From Gammaproteobacteria bacterium (GTDB taxonomy: Bacteria; Pseudomonadota; Gammaproteobacteria; Pseudomonadales; Azotimanducaceae): DNA of 41,502 nt. Under the pieces are notes generated by a model that was given only the letters and a program-made list of their open reading frames with translations, did no database searches and was not told the DNA's origin. Location of the stretch: the NCBI GenBank assembly GCA_038139355.1, contig JAYOSS010000002.1:1-41502 (forward strand). Direction: 5' to 3'. Numbering within the stretch: position 1 is the first letter of the stretch; every line of letters starts with the position of its first letter. Below, piece by piece: positions 10,074 to 18,973 of this stretch. The position numbers were made by a program, and so were the translations under genes.

Positions 10074-12359
10074 GTGCTCAATGTGCTTCGAAAAATTGTT
10101 CAAGACGTCACCCAAGAGGGAGATTTCGCCGTTTCCATGCAGCGGCTAGTGACGCATATCCAAGAAGCACTGGGCACGGAAGTGTGTTCCATCTATTTGA
10201 TATCCCGCAACGGCGATGGGTATGTGCTGGCTGCCACCCAGGGTTTGAATGAAGCCCGAGTCGGTGAAGTGCTGTTGGCGCAGGATCAGGGCTTGGTGGG
10301 TCTGGTGGGTGGCCGGGCAGAGCCGCTGAACTTAGATGCCGCGCCCCAACATCCCAACTTTTACTTTGTGCCAGAAATTGGCGAAGAACCCTTCAACTCG
10401 TTTCTGGGCGTGCCGATTTTGCATCAAGGACAAGTGCTCGGGGTTTTGGTGGTTCAGCAACGAACCCCCCGGCGTTTTGACGAAGCCGAAGAGGCGTTTT
10501 TGGTCACCCTGTCGGCACAGTTGGCCTACAGCGTGGCTCATGCCAAAGCCGTTGGGCACGCTTTTTTTTCCGACAGTCCCAAGGATTCCATTGCCGATGG
10601 TGCGTTTAAGGGCTTTGCCGGTGCGCCTGGTATCGGTATTGGTGTTGGGGTCGTGATGCACCCCATCGCCGATTTGGACGCGGTGCCCAGTAGGCCAGCC
10701 CAAGACATCACTGTGGAATTACTGTTGCTGGACCGTGCGATTGAGGCGGTGCGTAACGATATTCGTACCCTGATGCGCGATCTGCAGGCCAGTTTGCCCC
10801 AGGAAGAGTTGGCACTGTTCGATGCCTATTTGCATATGTTGGATGACGGCGCGCTGGCTGGCGACATTCGCGAGGTGGTGCGCCGGGGCGAATGGGCCCA
10901 AGGCGCGCTTCGCAAGGTTATTCGTGAGCATGTCAGCCGTTTTGAGGTCATGGATGATCCCTACCTGCGCGAGCGTGGCACCGATGTCAAAGATCTGGGC
11001 GTTCGTGTGCTGGGCTACTTGCAGCGGATTCGGGAAAAGAAAACCCAGTTCCCCAGCAACGCCATACTGGTTGGAGAGGAGCTTACGCCGGGCATGCTGG
11101 CGGCTATTCCCATCGAGCAATTGCGGGGGGTGATCTCGGTGCGTGGTTCCGGCAATTCCCATGTAGCGATTCTTGCTCGAGCCATGGGTATTCCCGCGGT
11201 GATGGGGGCGGTGGATCTTCCGGCCTATGAGCTGGAAGGCGTTTCTATCATCGTCGACGGTCACTACGGCGAGGTTTATACCCAGCCCAGTAAGAAGCGC
11301 CTGGCAGAAAACCTGTCGCTGCTGGAACAAGAGCAGGTTTTCGCCGAAGAGGTAAACGACCTTAAGGAATTGCCCTGTGTCACCCGGGACGGGTGGCGAG
11401 TGCAGCTCTGGGTCAATATCGGCTTGGCCGGAGACCTGACCCGCTCTTTGGATCGCGGTGCTGAGGGCATTGGGCTATTTCGTACCGAAGTGCCCTTTAT
11501 GAGTCAGGACCGCTTCCCCACCGAGGTAGAGCAGCGCGCCTTGTATCGGGAGCATATGGAGGCCTTTGATCCCCGCCCGGTGACTATGCGAACGCTGGAT
11601 ATTGGCGGTGACAAATCGCTGTCTTACTTCCCCATCCAAGAAGAAAATCCCTTTCTTGGTTGGCGCGGCATACGCGTTACGTTAGATCACCCGGAGATTT
11701 TTTTGGTTCAGGTGCGGGCCATGTTGAAGGCCAACGCGGGCCTGCTGGGTGATTTACGCATCATGCTGCCCATGATCTCAAGCCTAACGGAGCTGAGAAG
11801 AGCCAAAGTGTTGATCGATCAGGCCTATACCGAGGTGCTGGACGAAGGCGTGCAGGTTAAGCGGCCTCAGGTGGGGGTGTTGATTGAGGTTCCTGCCGCG
11901 GTGTACCAAGCCCGGCTGCTGGCCAAAGAAGCAGATTTCATGGCGGTAGGATCAAACGATTTAACTCAGTATCTATTGGCGGTGGATCGCAACAACCCTC
12001 GTGTTGCTGAGCTGTATCAAGAGGTTCATCCGGCGGTCATTCGAGCATTGCGTGAGGTTGCCCGAGCGGTTCACGCCGAGGAAAAGCCCCTAGGCATTTG
12101 CGGTGAGCTTGCAGGTACTCCAGCAGGGGCCATCTTGCTCATGGCCATGGGTTATCACGTGCTTTCGATGAACGCCACGCACTTGCTGCGGGTGAAATGG
12201 GTCATACGTAACATCAAGCGCAGCGACGCACGTCGCATGCTGGCCCGGGTGATGCGCATGGACACCGCTGACGAGGTAATACCTTTTGTGCAGGAAGAAA
12301 TGGCACGATTGGGCCTGAGTAAAGCCATGCCTGCGCGTTCTGGCCCCCGGCAGACTTAG
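10074..12359 (+). CDS. ptsP: Phosphoenolpyruvate-protein phosphotransferase EI-Ntr (GAF domain plus Enzyme I)
   Basis: N-terminal GAF domain, phospho-His SHVAILARA, GIGLFRTE, RTLDIGGDK, ENPFLGWRGIR, GSNDLTQY, CGE; follows rppH. Confidence 0.97.
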   Translation: MLNVLRKIVQDVTQEGDFAVSMQRLVTHIQEALGTEVCSIYLISRNGDGYVLAATQGLNEARVGEVLLAQDQGLVGLVGGRAEPLNLDAAPQHPNFYFVPEIGEEPFNSFLGVPILHQGQVLGVLVVQQRTPRRFDEAEEAFLVTLSAQLAYSVAHAKAVGHAFFSDSPKDSIADGAFKGFAGAPGIGIGVGVVMHPIADLDAVPSRPAQDITVELLLLDRAIEAVRNDIRTLMRDLQASLPQEELALFDAYLHMLDDGALAGDIREVVRRGEWAQGALRKVIREHVSRFEVMDDPYLRERGTDVKDLGVRVLGYLQRIREKKTQFPSNAILVGEELTPGMLAAIPIEQLRGVISVRGSGNSHVAILARAMGIPAVMGAVDLPAYELEGVSIIVDGHYGEVYTQPSKKRLAENLSLLEQEQVFAEEVNDLKELPCVTRDGWRVQLWVNIGLAGDLTRSLDRGAEGIGLFRTEVPFMSQDRFPTEVEQRALYREHMEAFDPRPVTMRTLDIGGDKSLSYFPIQEENPFLGWRGIRVTLDHPEIFLVQVRAMLKANAGLLGDLRIMLPMISSLTELRRAKVLIDQAYTEVLDEGVQVKRPQVGVLIEVPAAVYQARLLAKEADFMAVGSNDLTQYLLAVDRNNPRVAELYQEVHPAVIRALREVARAVHAEEKPLGICGELAGTPAGAILLMAMGYHVLSMNATHLLRVKWVIRNIKRSDARRMLARVMRMDTADEVIPFVQEEMARLGLSKAMPARSGPRQT

Positions 12360-13021
12360 GCCAAAGCGCTGCTTTCCAGTTCAGTGCTCCCAGGCCTGCC
12401 TTGAGACAGGTAAACAGCGAAGGTTGCGAAGATTAACACCGGGATGCCCAGCTCTAGCACCTCTTCGATAACCCCTGCGTAGACACCGGCCATGGGGTCA
12501 AGCACCACGCCGAAGTCCGCCAACTTTCGGTCCAGACCGTCAATGGACTTGGAAAAGACCAGTACCGCCAGCACGGACACATTGCCCAAGTCCAAGAGGT
12601 TCCGGTCTTTTAGCCCTTGGATAAAACTGGCTAGGTGGCCCGTCACGATTCGGTAGACCACATAGAGCAGCAGCAAGATCACCAGCACGCCGATGATTTT
12701 TTCGCCGGCGGGCACCATATCGCTGGTGTAGAAGCGGCTTTTAAGCACGCCGAGAGTGGTAAACCGTTTGTCGAAATCCAGTTCACGAAAAGCAAAGAGC
12801 GTGATGAGGATGAGCAGGTAATGGTATTTCTTGGCAAAGGCGGGACCGCCTCGAAGCAACATGACCGCCACGCAGATGAAGTAACCCAAAGCCGACAGTG
12901 ATTCGACAATGCCCCCTTCTTTAACCCAGATAGGGTATTGGTGCAGGTTGAAAACTAGAGCCGCAACGACGCAGAGCAGGGTAAAGCACCAGGCGGTGGC
13001 AAGAGGATGAGTTTTAATCAT
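12356..13021 (-). CDS. Uncharacterised multi-pass inner-membrane protein
   Basis: About six hydrophobic segments; probable start MIKTHPL at 13021; 4-nt convergent overlap with ptsP. Confidence 0.75.
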   Translation of the reverse strand: MIKTHPLATAWCFTLLCVVAALVFNLHQYPIWVKEGGIVESLSALGYFICVAVMLLRGGPAFAKKYHYLLILITLFAFRELDFDKRFTTLGVLKSRFYTSDMVPAGEKIIGVLVILLLLYVVYRIVTGHLASFIQGLKDRNLLDLGNVSVLAVLVFSKSIDGLDRKLADFGVVLDPMAGVYAGVIEEVLELGIPVLIFATFAVYLSQGRPGSTELESSALA

Positions 13022-13101
13022 GGTGTTGATAGACGCGGTGGTTGCACAAGGGGGCCAAGGTGCCAGTGCCGCAGCGCTCCAAGTCTGAGTGCGAGAGAGC
13101 C

Positions 13102-13149
13102 TAGCCGGGGCCCTAAGCCTTTGCAATCAGGCGTAGGGCCCAGTGGCTA
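13102..13149. other. Long imperfect intergenic hairpin (terminator, stabiliser or REP-like)
   Basis: Nested pairs TAGCC/GGCTA, GGGCCCTA/TAGGGCCC and GCCT/AGGC just downstream of the SDR stop. Confidence 0.55.
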
Positions 13150-13164
13150 AATTGCACGCGATGG

Positions 13165-13968
13165 TTACACCGCTTTGGAAAGACCGCCATCCATATTGAT
13201 GGCACACCCCGTCAAATAAGAAGCGCGGTCGCTGGCTAAAAACAGCGCCAGATCCGCGGCCTCATCGGCTTTGCCCATGCGCTTCATGGGCAGGCGCTGG
13301 CCCGCCTTGGCTATAAATTCGGACAACGATAGCGAGCCGTCGCTGGCTGCATGCTGACGCCGGATTTGATCGCTTTCGATGAAGCCGATGAGCATGGCAT
13401 TAACCAAAATGTTGTCAGGCGCTCCCTCGGCACTGAGAACTTTTGTGAGCGCCATGCCTGCCGCTCGGGAAATAGATGTCGGCGCGGTACCCGCGTCTGG
13501 CAGCTTGGCATAGACGTTAAGCAAATTGATGATGCGCCCCCACTGGTTTGCCGCCATATCTGGCCAGACCAGTCGCGTCAGGCGTATGGCAGCCATCAAC
13601 TTAAGATCTAAGTCTGCCTGCCAGTCCTCATCGGTGATTTTCAAAAACGGCTTGGCGGCAGATTGTCCGGCGTTACTGACCAGAATATCGACGCTGCCAA
13701 AGTTGGCCACGACCTGCTGGTGGGTTTCGATAAGCGCTTGAGGGTCGGTGACGTCGCATTGATAGCCAGCAACGGCGGCGCTTTGTTGATAGTCCGGGGT
13801 TAGCGATAGGGCCTGTATTTCCGCTTCGGCAGCGGCGAGATCCTCTGCGCCCCGAGCCAGTAGCGCTACTTTGGCCCCATGGCTGTAGTAGGCCTTGGCC
13901 ATGGCCAGTCCCAGTCCTTTGCTAGCGCCGGTGATCAGAGCGACTTTGCCGTTTAACGATGTATCCAT
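13165..13968 (-). CDS. SDR-family oxidoreductase with atypical active site
   Basis: TGASKGLG Rossmann motif, DILVSNAG, WGRII, LASDRASYLTG..INMDGG; start MDTSLNGK at 13968. Confidence 0.92.
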   Translation of the reverse strand: MDTSLNGKVALITGASKGLGLAMAKAYYSHGAKVALLARGAEDLAAAEAEIQALSLTPDYQQSAAVAGYQCDVTDPQALIETHQQVVANFGSVDILVSNAGQSAAKPFLKITDEDWQADLDLKLMAAIRLTRLVWPDMAANQWGRIINLLNVYAKLPDAGTAPTSISRAAGMALTKVLSAEGAPDNILVNAMLIGFIESDQIRRQHAASDGSLSLSEFIAKAGQRLPMKRMGKADEAADLALFLASDRASYLTGCAINMDGGLSKAV

Positions 13969-14054
13969 GTTCTTTCCAAAAAATTCTGCGGTTTTCTGCC
14001 AGATGCGGCAGTGACAGAATACCGATTCGTCGAGCAAACATCAGGAACTTCACT

Positions 14055-14795
14055 ATGCTGGATTTACACTATTGGCCCACCCCGAATGGCAAGAAAGTCA
14101 CTATTCAGTTGGAAGAGTGTGGCCTGGATTACAACGTCATCGAATGCAATATCGGTAAGGGCGACCAGTTCACTGACGAATTTCTGCGCATCAATCCTAA
14201 CAATCGTATGCCCACCCTGGTGGACCACGATCCCGGCGACGGCCAGGGGCCGCTGTCGGTGTTCGAGTCAGGCGCAATTATGCTCTACATCGCAGAGAAA
14301 ACCGGGCGCTTCATGCCCTCTGATCCGCGAGGTAAGTACAACGTCATTCAGTGGGTCATCTGGCAGATGGCCAATCAAGGCCCCAAGACTGGAGAGTGCG
14401 GGCACTTTCGGCGCTTAGGAGCCGATGCCGGAGACCAGAGTTATGCCATCACCCGTTTTACTGATGAGGTAAATCGCTTCTATGGCGTGCTTAACAATCA
14501 GCTCTACAACCAGCGATATCTGTGTGGTGATGAATACACCATTGCGGACATGATTTGTTACCCATGGACCGTGAACTGGGAAGGGCAGGGCCAGGATATT
14601 AATGAGTTTAAGTACTTCAAGCGTTGGTTTGAGGAGCTCAGTGAACGACCGGCGGTGCAGCGCGGCATGGCGGTTGGGTCTCAGATGCAAAATGATTTTT
14701 CCAAGCTGTCCAAAGACGAAGCCGCGGCTTTACGAGCGCTGCTGTACAACCAGCGGGCTAGGCCCGCACCCCAGACCGGTGGTCTAGAAAGCTAA
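14055..14795 (+). CDS. Glutathione S-transferase, YfcG/YghU (Nu-class) disulfide-bond oxidoreductase type
   Basis: WPTPNGKK, INPNNRMP, FESGAI..Y.AEK, WQMANQGP and YTIADM..YPW motifs; AGGA RBS before ATG 14055. Confidence 0.92.
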   Translation: MLDLHYWPTPNGKKVTIQLEECGLDYNVIECNIGKGDQFTDEFLRINPNNRMPTLVDHDPGDGQGPLSVFESGAIMLYIAEKTGRFMPSDPRGKYNVIQWVIWQMANQGPKTGECGHFRRLGADAGDQSYAITRFTDEVNRFYGVLNNQLYNQRYLCGDEYTIADMICYPWTVNWEGQGQDINEFKYFKRWFEELSERPAVQRGMAVGSQMQNDFSKLSKDEAAALRALLYNQRARPAPQTGGLES

Positions 14796-14822
14796 ATCCT
14801 CAGCTAGTACCAGGAGGCAGGT

Positions 14823-15479
14823 ATGCAGGTTATTGAATCGGTGGAGCAGCTTAAATCCTTGTATGCCGATGTGCCTCAAGGCGCCATCGATAAGGTCTGT
14901 GACCACATTACCCCGCTGTATCAACGCTGGATTGCCGCATCACGATTTGTGGTGCTTTCTACCGTCGGCCCCGAGGGTACCGACGCCAGTCCACGAGGGG
15001 ATAGCGGTGAAGTGGTTTATTTGAAAGACGCCAAAACGATTTGGATGCCGGATTGGCGAGGCAACAATCGCCTGGATTCCTTGGCGAACATTGTGCGTGA
15101 TGGCCGGGTCAGCCTGATGTTTATGGTGCCGGGTTCCCAGACAGTGGTGCGGGTAAATGGTACAGGGGTGGTGACGGCAGACGGGGAGGTCACCGATCAT
15201 TTTCAGCGCCAAGGTTCTAGCGCGACCTCCAATCAAGAATTAGAACAAGACCCCAGTCAAAGACCAACCCAGACGCCGCGAACGGTCATCGTGATCAAGG
15301 TAGCCGAGGTGTACTTTCAATGCGCGAAGGCGTTGATGCGCTCCAGGCTTTGGGCCGCAGGGGACGAAAGCGCCAGCCTGCCAACCGCCGGGGCATTGCT
15401 GGCCGAAAGTCTCCAGGGGTTCGATGCCAAAACCTATGACGAGGGCTTCCCCCAGCGCGCCAAAGATCAGCTCTGGTAG
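14823..15479 (+). CDS. Pyridoxamine 5'-phosphate oxidase-like FMN-binding protein
   Basis: DASPRGD, PDWRGNNRLDSL.NI, VRVNG and EVYFQCAKALMRSRLW motifs; AGGAGG RBS. Confidence 0.9.
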   Translation: MQVIESVEQLKSLYADVPQGAIDKVCDHITPLYQRWIAASRFVVLSTVGPEGTDASPRGDSGEVVYLKDAKTIWMPDWRGNNRLDSLANIVRDGRVSLMFMVPGSQTVVRVNGTGVVTADGEVTDHFQRQGSSATSNQELEQDPSQRPTQTPRTVIVIKVAEVYFQCAKALMRSRLWAAGDESASLPTAGALLAESLQGFDAKTYDEGFPQRAKDQLW

Positions 15480-15486
15480 CGACTAG

Positions 15487-15528
15487 ACCTCGCTTCCCGG
15501 GCCTCGCTTCCCGGACCTCCCTTTTCGG
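15487..15528 (+). repeat. Three degenerate 14-bp tandem repeats
   Basis: ACCTCGCTTCCCGG / GCCTCGCTTCCCGG / ACCTCCCTTTTCGG. Confidence 0.75.
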
Positions 15529-15584
15529 TAATGGCTCAGCCCCGTAAGGACCGAGCCACTTCACCCCTTGGGCCTTTGATGTGC

Positions 15585-16901
15585 CTAGGTGGGTTTGCGC
15601 GGGGGCTTGCCATAGTTGGGGTCGGTACTCACCCGAGTGGCCACGGTGCCTTTCGGGGCTTGATACCAGCCAGGATCTTTGTAATCCCCGGGGGGCAGGT
15701 CATTCCGCACTTTCACCGTGGTAAACATGCCTCCCATCTCAAGATTTCCGTATGGGCCTTTGCCGGTCATCATGGCCAGGGTATTACGCGGCCCTTGGTG
15801 ATGGCCCATGTCCACATGGTGCTGATGTTCGGCCATGCCGTGCTCGCCCATGGCCATAAACCCCGGCAACATCTTGCGTATTTCCTGCTCCACGCCGCTC
15901 TGGTCCACGCCTAGCGTGTTAGGTACATCGTGGCCCATGGCGTTCATGGTGTGATGAGACATGTGGCAATGAAAGGCCCAGTCCCCGGGTTCAGCGATGA
16001 ACTCGATATCGCGGGTCTGGCCCACGCCGATGATCTCGGTACTTTCCGTGCGCCAGACGCTTTCGGGCCAGCGACCGCCGTCGGATCCCGTGACCTGAAA
16101 CTGCACTCCGTGCATGTGTATGGGGTGGTTCCACATGGACAGATTGCCGATCCGCACCCGCACGCGCTCGCCGGTACGAGCCACGATGGGCTCAATAGCG
16201 GGAAAGACTTTGGAGTTAAAGGTCCACAGGTCGAACTCCACCATAACTGCCGGATCCGGTCGGTAGGTGCCCGGGTGTACTGCCCAGTTGTGCAGCAAAA
16301 AACAGTAGTCCCGGTCAATGGTTCGAGGTTCCGGATTTTTGGGATGAATAATGAACATGCCCATCATGCCCACCGCCATCTGGGTCATTTCGTCGGCATG
16401 GGGGTGATACATGTGCGTGCCGTGCTGCTTCAGCATGAACTCGTAAGCATAGGTTTCACCGGGCTTTATCGAAGGCTGGGTCAGACCGGATACCCCGTCC
16501 ATGCCGCTGGGCAGCAAAATGCCATGCCAGTGCACCGAGGTATGTTCCTTTAGGCCATTGGTGACCAAAATACGTACTCGATCGCCTTCGATCGCTTCGA
16601 TAGTGGGCCCTGGGGTGGAGCCGTTATAGCCCCAGCATTTGGCCGTGGTGCCCGGTGCAAATTCGTGATCCACCTCTTCAGCGATGAGATGAAACTCCTT
16701 AACCCCATTTTTCAGCTTATAGGGCAGGGTCCAACCGTTGAGCGTACGAGTGCTATGGCCCTTTGCCGCGCTCGGGTCTGCTGGCGTTGCTCTCGCCGCG
16801 GACTGGGCTTGGGCAGCGGGCAGGTTTAGCGGTCCGGCGATGGTAGCTGCCACCAATCCCGCGCCGCCTAACGAAACAAAGTGTCGACGTGATTTATCCA
16901 T
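15585..16901 (-). CDS. Tat-exported two-domain multicopper oxidase with Met/His-rich C-terminal extension
   Basis: SRRHFV twin-arginine signal; Cu motifs HWH, MYHPH, HPIHMHG and HCHMSHHTMNAM; Met/His-rich region MAMGEHGMAEHQHHVDMGHH. Confidence 0.93.
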   Translation of the reverse strand: MDKSRRHFVSLGGAGLVAATIAGPLNLPAAQAQSAARATPADPSAAKGHSTRTLNGWTLPYKLKNGVKEFHLIAEEVDHEFAPGTTAKCWGYNGSTPGPTIEAIEGDRVRILVTNGLKEHTSVHWHGILLPSGMDGVSGLTQPSIKPGETYAYEFMLKQHGTHMYHPHADEMTQMAVGMMGMFIIHPKNPEPRTIDRDYCFLLHNWAVHPGTYRPDPAVMVEFDLWTFNSKVFPAIEPIVARTGERVRVRIGNLSMWNHPIHMHGVQFQVTGSDGGRWPESVWRTESTEIIGVGQTRDIEFIAEPGDWAFHCHMSHHTMNAMGHDVPNTLGVDQSGVEQEIRKMLPGFMAMGEHGMAEHQHHVDMGHHQGPRNTLAMMTGKGPYGNLEMGGMFTTVKVRNDLPPGDYKDPGWYQAPKGTVATRVSTDPNYGKPPRKPT

Positions 16902-16903
16902 GA

Positions 16904-18430
16904 TTAGTGTTCCTTGTGGGAGCGCCCATGACCGCGGTGTTGGTGTTCACGATGGTTTTGTGGGGGCTTAGGGTGTTGGTGATGACGTTGATGGGGCGCC
17001 GGGGTTTGGGTCTGCGGTGCGCCATGATGACCGTGTCCTGAATGTGCCCGGGGCTGGATTAGGGATTCAACATGAATCTGCTTGCCCTCGGGCTCAGTGC
17101 TGCGGGGCAGGGAATTGCCCACGGCGTAGCGTAAATCGGTGCGCGCGAGCCAGTAGTCTCGAAGGGCATCTAGGTAGCCCGCGTAAGCGGCGTATTCGTC
17201 CTGCTTTACTTTGATGAGCTCAAAGGTACCAATCAGCATGAAGTTCTCTTCCTCTTGGGCGCGCTGTGTGGCGGTCATGCGGGCGGGTATCAGCAGCTGT
17301 TGATAGGTTTGCGCTCTGGCCTTGGCGTTGGACATGGCGGCATGGGCCAATTGCACTTGGTTACGAATGTCTACTGACAGCTTCCGGTAGACGATAACGG
17401 CCTGCTGCACCTCCACCATTGAGCGCAGTTGGGCGTCCTGACCTTGGGAGAAGAGTGGTAGTTCCCATGCAACCGTTGGGCCAATCAACTCGCCTCCATC
17501 GGTCTCGCGTTCATAAACCACGCCCGCGTCCAGTTCTGCCCCCCATCGGGTGCGTCGCGTGATGCCGGCGTGGTCCTCAGCGATTTTGATCCGGGCCTTG
17601 GCAGCCTTGAGATCCAAACGACTTTGGCTGGCAAGCAATTGCAGGTCGGCAAGGGCCTCAGTTTGGTTCCCGGGTTCGGGTAAATGTGCAGGCACCCGCC
17701 AAGACTTGTCCGCGGCAATGCCGAGCATGGTTGCTAGTTCGTTGCGGGCCTGGGACTCCGTGGCTTGAGCTTCTAGGCTGTGTAGGCGTTGTTCTGCTGC
17801 GGCGCCTTGAGCCATGGCGTGTTGCCGAGGGGGCAGGTTGCCGGCGTCGTAGTAGCGTTGGGCCAGCTGCAAAGACAGGTCCGCAGCCTTGGTGATTTGC
17901 TCCTGCATTAACGTCCGCTGGCGCGTGGCAACATAGCCAACGTAGGCCTTTTCTGCTGCTACTGCGGTTTCCAGTACCCTGGCGCCGACCTCTTCTTGCA
18001 GTGCAGCAAATTCCGCAGCGGCTAGGCGTTTTCGCGCCCCAAGGGTCAAGAGATCCGTCAGGGATCCCACCAAATCAATGGCCAAAGCGTTGTCTTCGTC
18101 CGAGCGATTTGGCAGCAACAGTTCCGCGGCCAATACCGGGTTGCGAATTCTTCCAGCGGCGTAGACTTCTGCCGCCCCGAGGCCCAGTTCGGCAAAGCGC
18201 AGTGCCAGCTCTGGGTTGTTAGCCAGGGCCAAAGCAACAGCGGTATCGTGGTTGAGGGGTTCCTGACTCAGTTTTTCGATAAGGGATGATGCGCTTTGAT
18301 CGGGCAGGGCTCGGCCGCGTTCGGCAGTCAGGGCATCTACCTCCTGCTGGCCGAGGTCGGCGGGCAAACTGGCACAGCCCGCCGCAGCCAAGGCCGCCAT
18401 CACAGCGTATAGCGTGACTCTGGATTTCAT
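16904..18430 (-). CDS. TolC/CusC-like outer membrane factor lipoprotein with His-rich C-terminal tail
   Basis: Start MKSRVTLYAVMAALAAAGC (lipobox; AGGA RBS at 18440-18443 on the minus strand); ALANNPEL, WELPLF and YWLARTDL OEP-repeat signatures; His-rich tail. Confidence 0.9.
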   Translation of the reverse strand: MKSRVTLYAVMAALAAAGCASLPADLGQQEVDALTAERGRALPDQSASSLIEKLSQEPLNHDTAVALALANNPELALRFAELGLGAAEVYAAGRIRNPVLAAELLLPNRSDEDNALAIDLVGSLTDLLTLGARKRLAAAEFAALQEEVGARVLETAVAAEKAYVGYVATRQRTLMQEQITKAADLSLQLAQRYYDAGNLPPRQHAMAQGAAAEQRLHSLEAQATESQARNELATMLGIAADKSWRVPAHLPEPGNQTEALADLQLLASQSRLDLKAAKARIKIAEDHAGITRRTRWGAELDAGVVYERETDGGELIGPTVAWELPLFSQGQDAQLRSMVEVQQAVIVYRKLSVDIRNQVQLAHAAMSNAKARAQTYQQLLIPARMTATQRAQEEENFMLIGTFELIKVKQDEYAAYAGYLDALRDYWLARTDLRYAVGNSLPRSTEPEGKQIHVESLIQPRAHSGHGHHGAPQTQTPAPHQRHHQHPKPPQNHREHQHRGHGRSHKEH

Positions 18431-18543
18431 ACCGGCGTTTCCTGAATGTATTAATGGTTTTGGTTTTTGACTTCGTTGCGTAACTCTCGCCATGGGCGAG
18501 TTTTACGGGGACGCAGAGGGTCCGCTTCAAACCAAGAGCAAGG

Positions 18544-18966
18544 CTATTCGAGGAGTCGATCTCGCAGTTGCACCGGGTTATCCCGGGTAGGAGGAGAAGT
18601 GCTTGCCGGTAGGGGGATCGCAGCAAGTCTGGGTGGTGGGGGTAAGGTTAGTGGCGGTAAATGAGCATCAAGACTGGGTTCTTCAGCTGTCAGTAGGCGA
18701 GTGGTGGTGTACTGGAGGTCTCGATCCGGAGACATGCCTAAAAGATTCGAGGCGCAGTCCGGACAGGAGTTGTTGGCACAGTGGCCGGGTTGCTCGGCTG
18801 TTCCATGGTCTGCAGCCGCATGGTGCGCCTGGGCGAGTGATGTTGATTGGGTTATTGGCGCAGATGTCGGTGCATTGGCATGGACCGGGCCGCAAACGCA
18901 GACCATGCCGGCAAAAACTAGCCAAGCACAAAGAAATGCCGAAAGTGGGTTTCGCAGACGTTCCAT
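18544..18966 (-). CDS. Small exported Cys/His/Pro-rich protein; CutF/DUF2946-like metal-sensing leader candidate
   Basis: Signal-peptide-like N-terminus (…GPVHA), HHAAADH, HCANNSCPDC (CxxC), PPLTLPPPPR…SPP near the C-terminus; first gene of the copper transcript. Confidence 0.72.
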   Translation of the reverse strand: MERLRNPLSAFLCAWLVFAGMVCVCGPVHANAPTSAPITQSTSLAQAHHAAADHGTAEQPGHCANNSCPDCASNLLGMSPDRDLQYTTTRLLTAEEPSLDAHLPPLTLPPPPRLAAIPLPASTSPPTRDNPVQLRDRLLE

Positions 18967-18973
18967 AGCAAAT

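Noticed and set aside
15487-15528. CRISPR-like array
   Set aside because: Units are 14 bp, directly adjacent, without spacers, and there are no cas genes.
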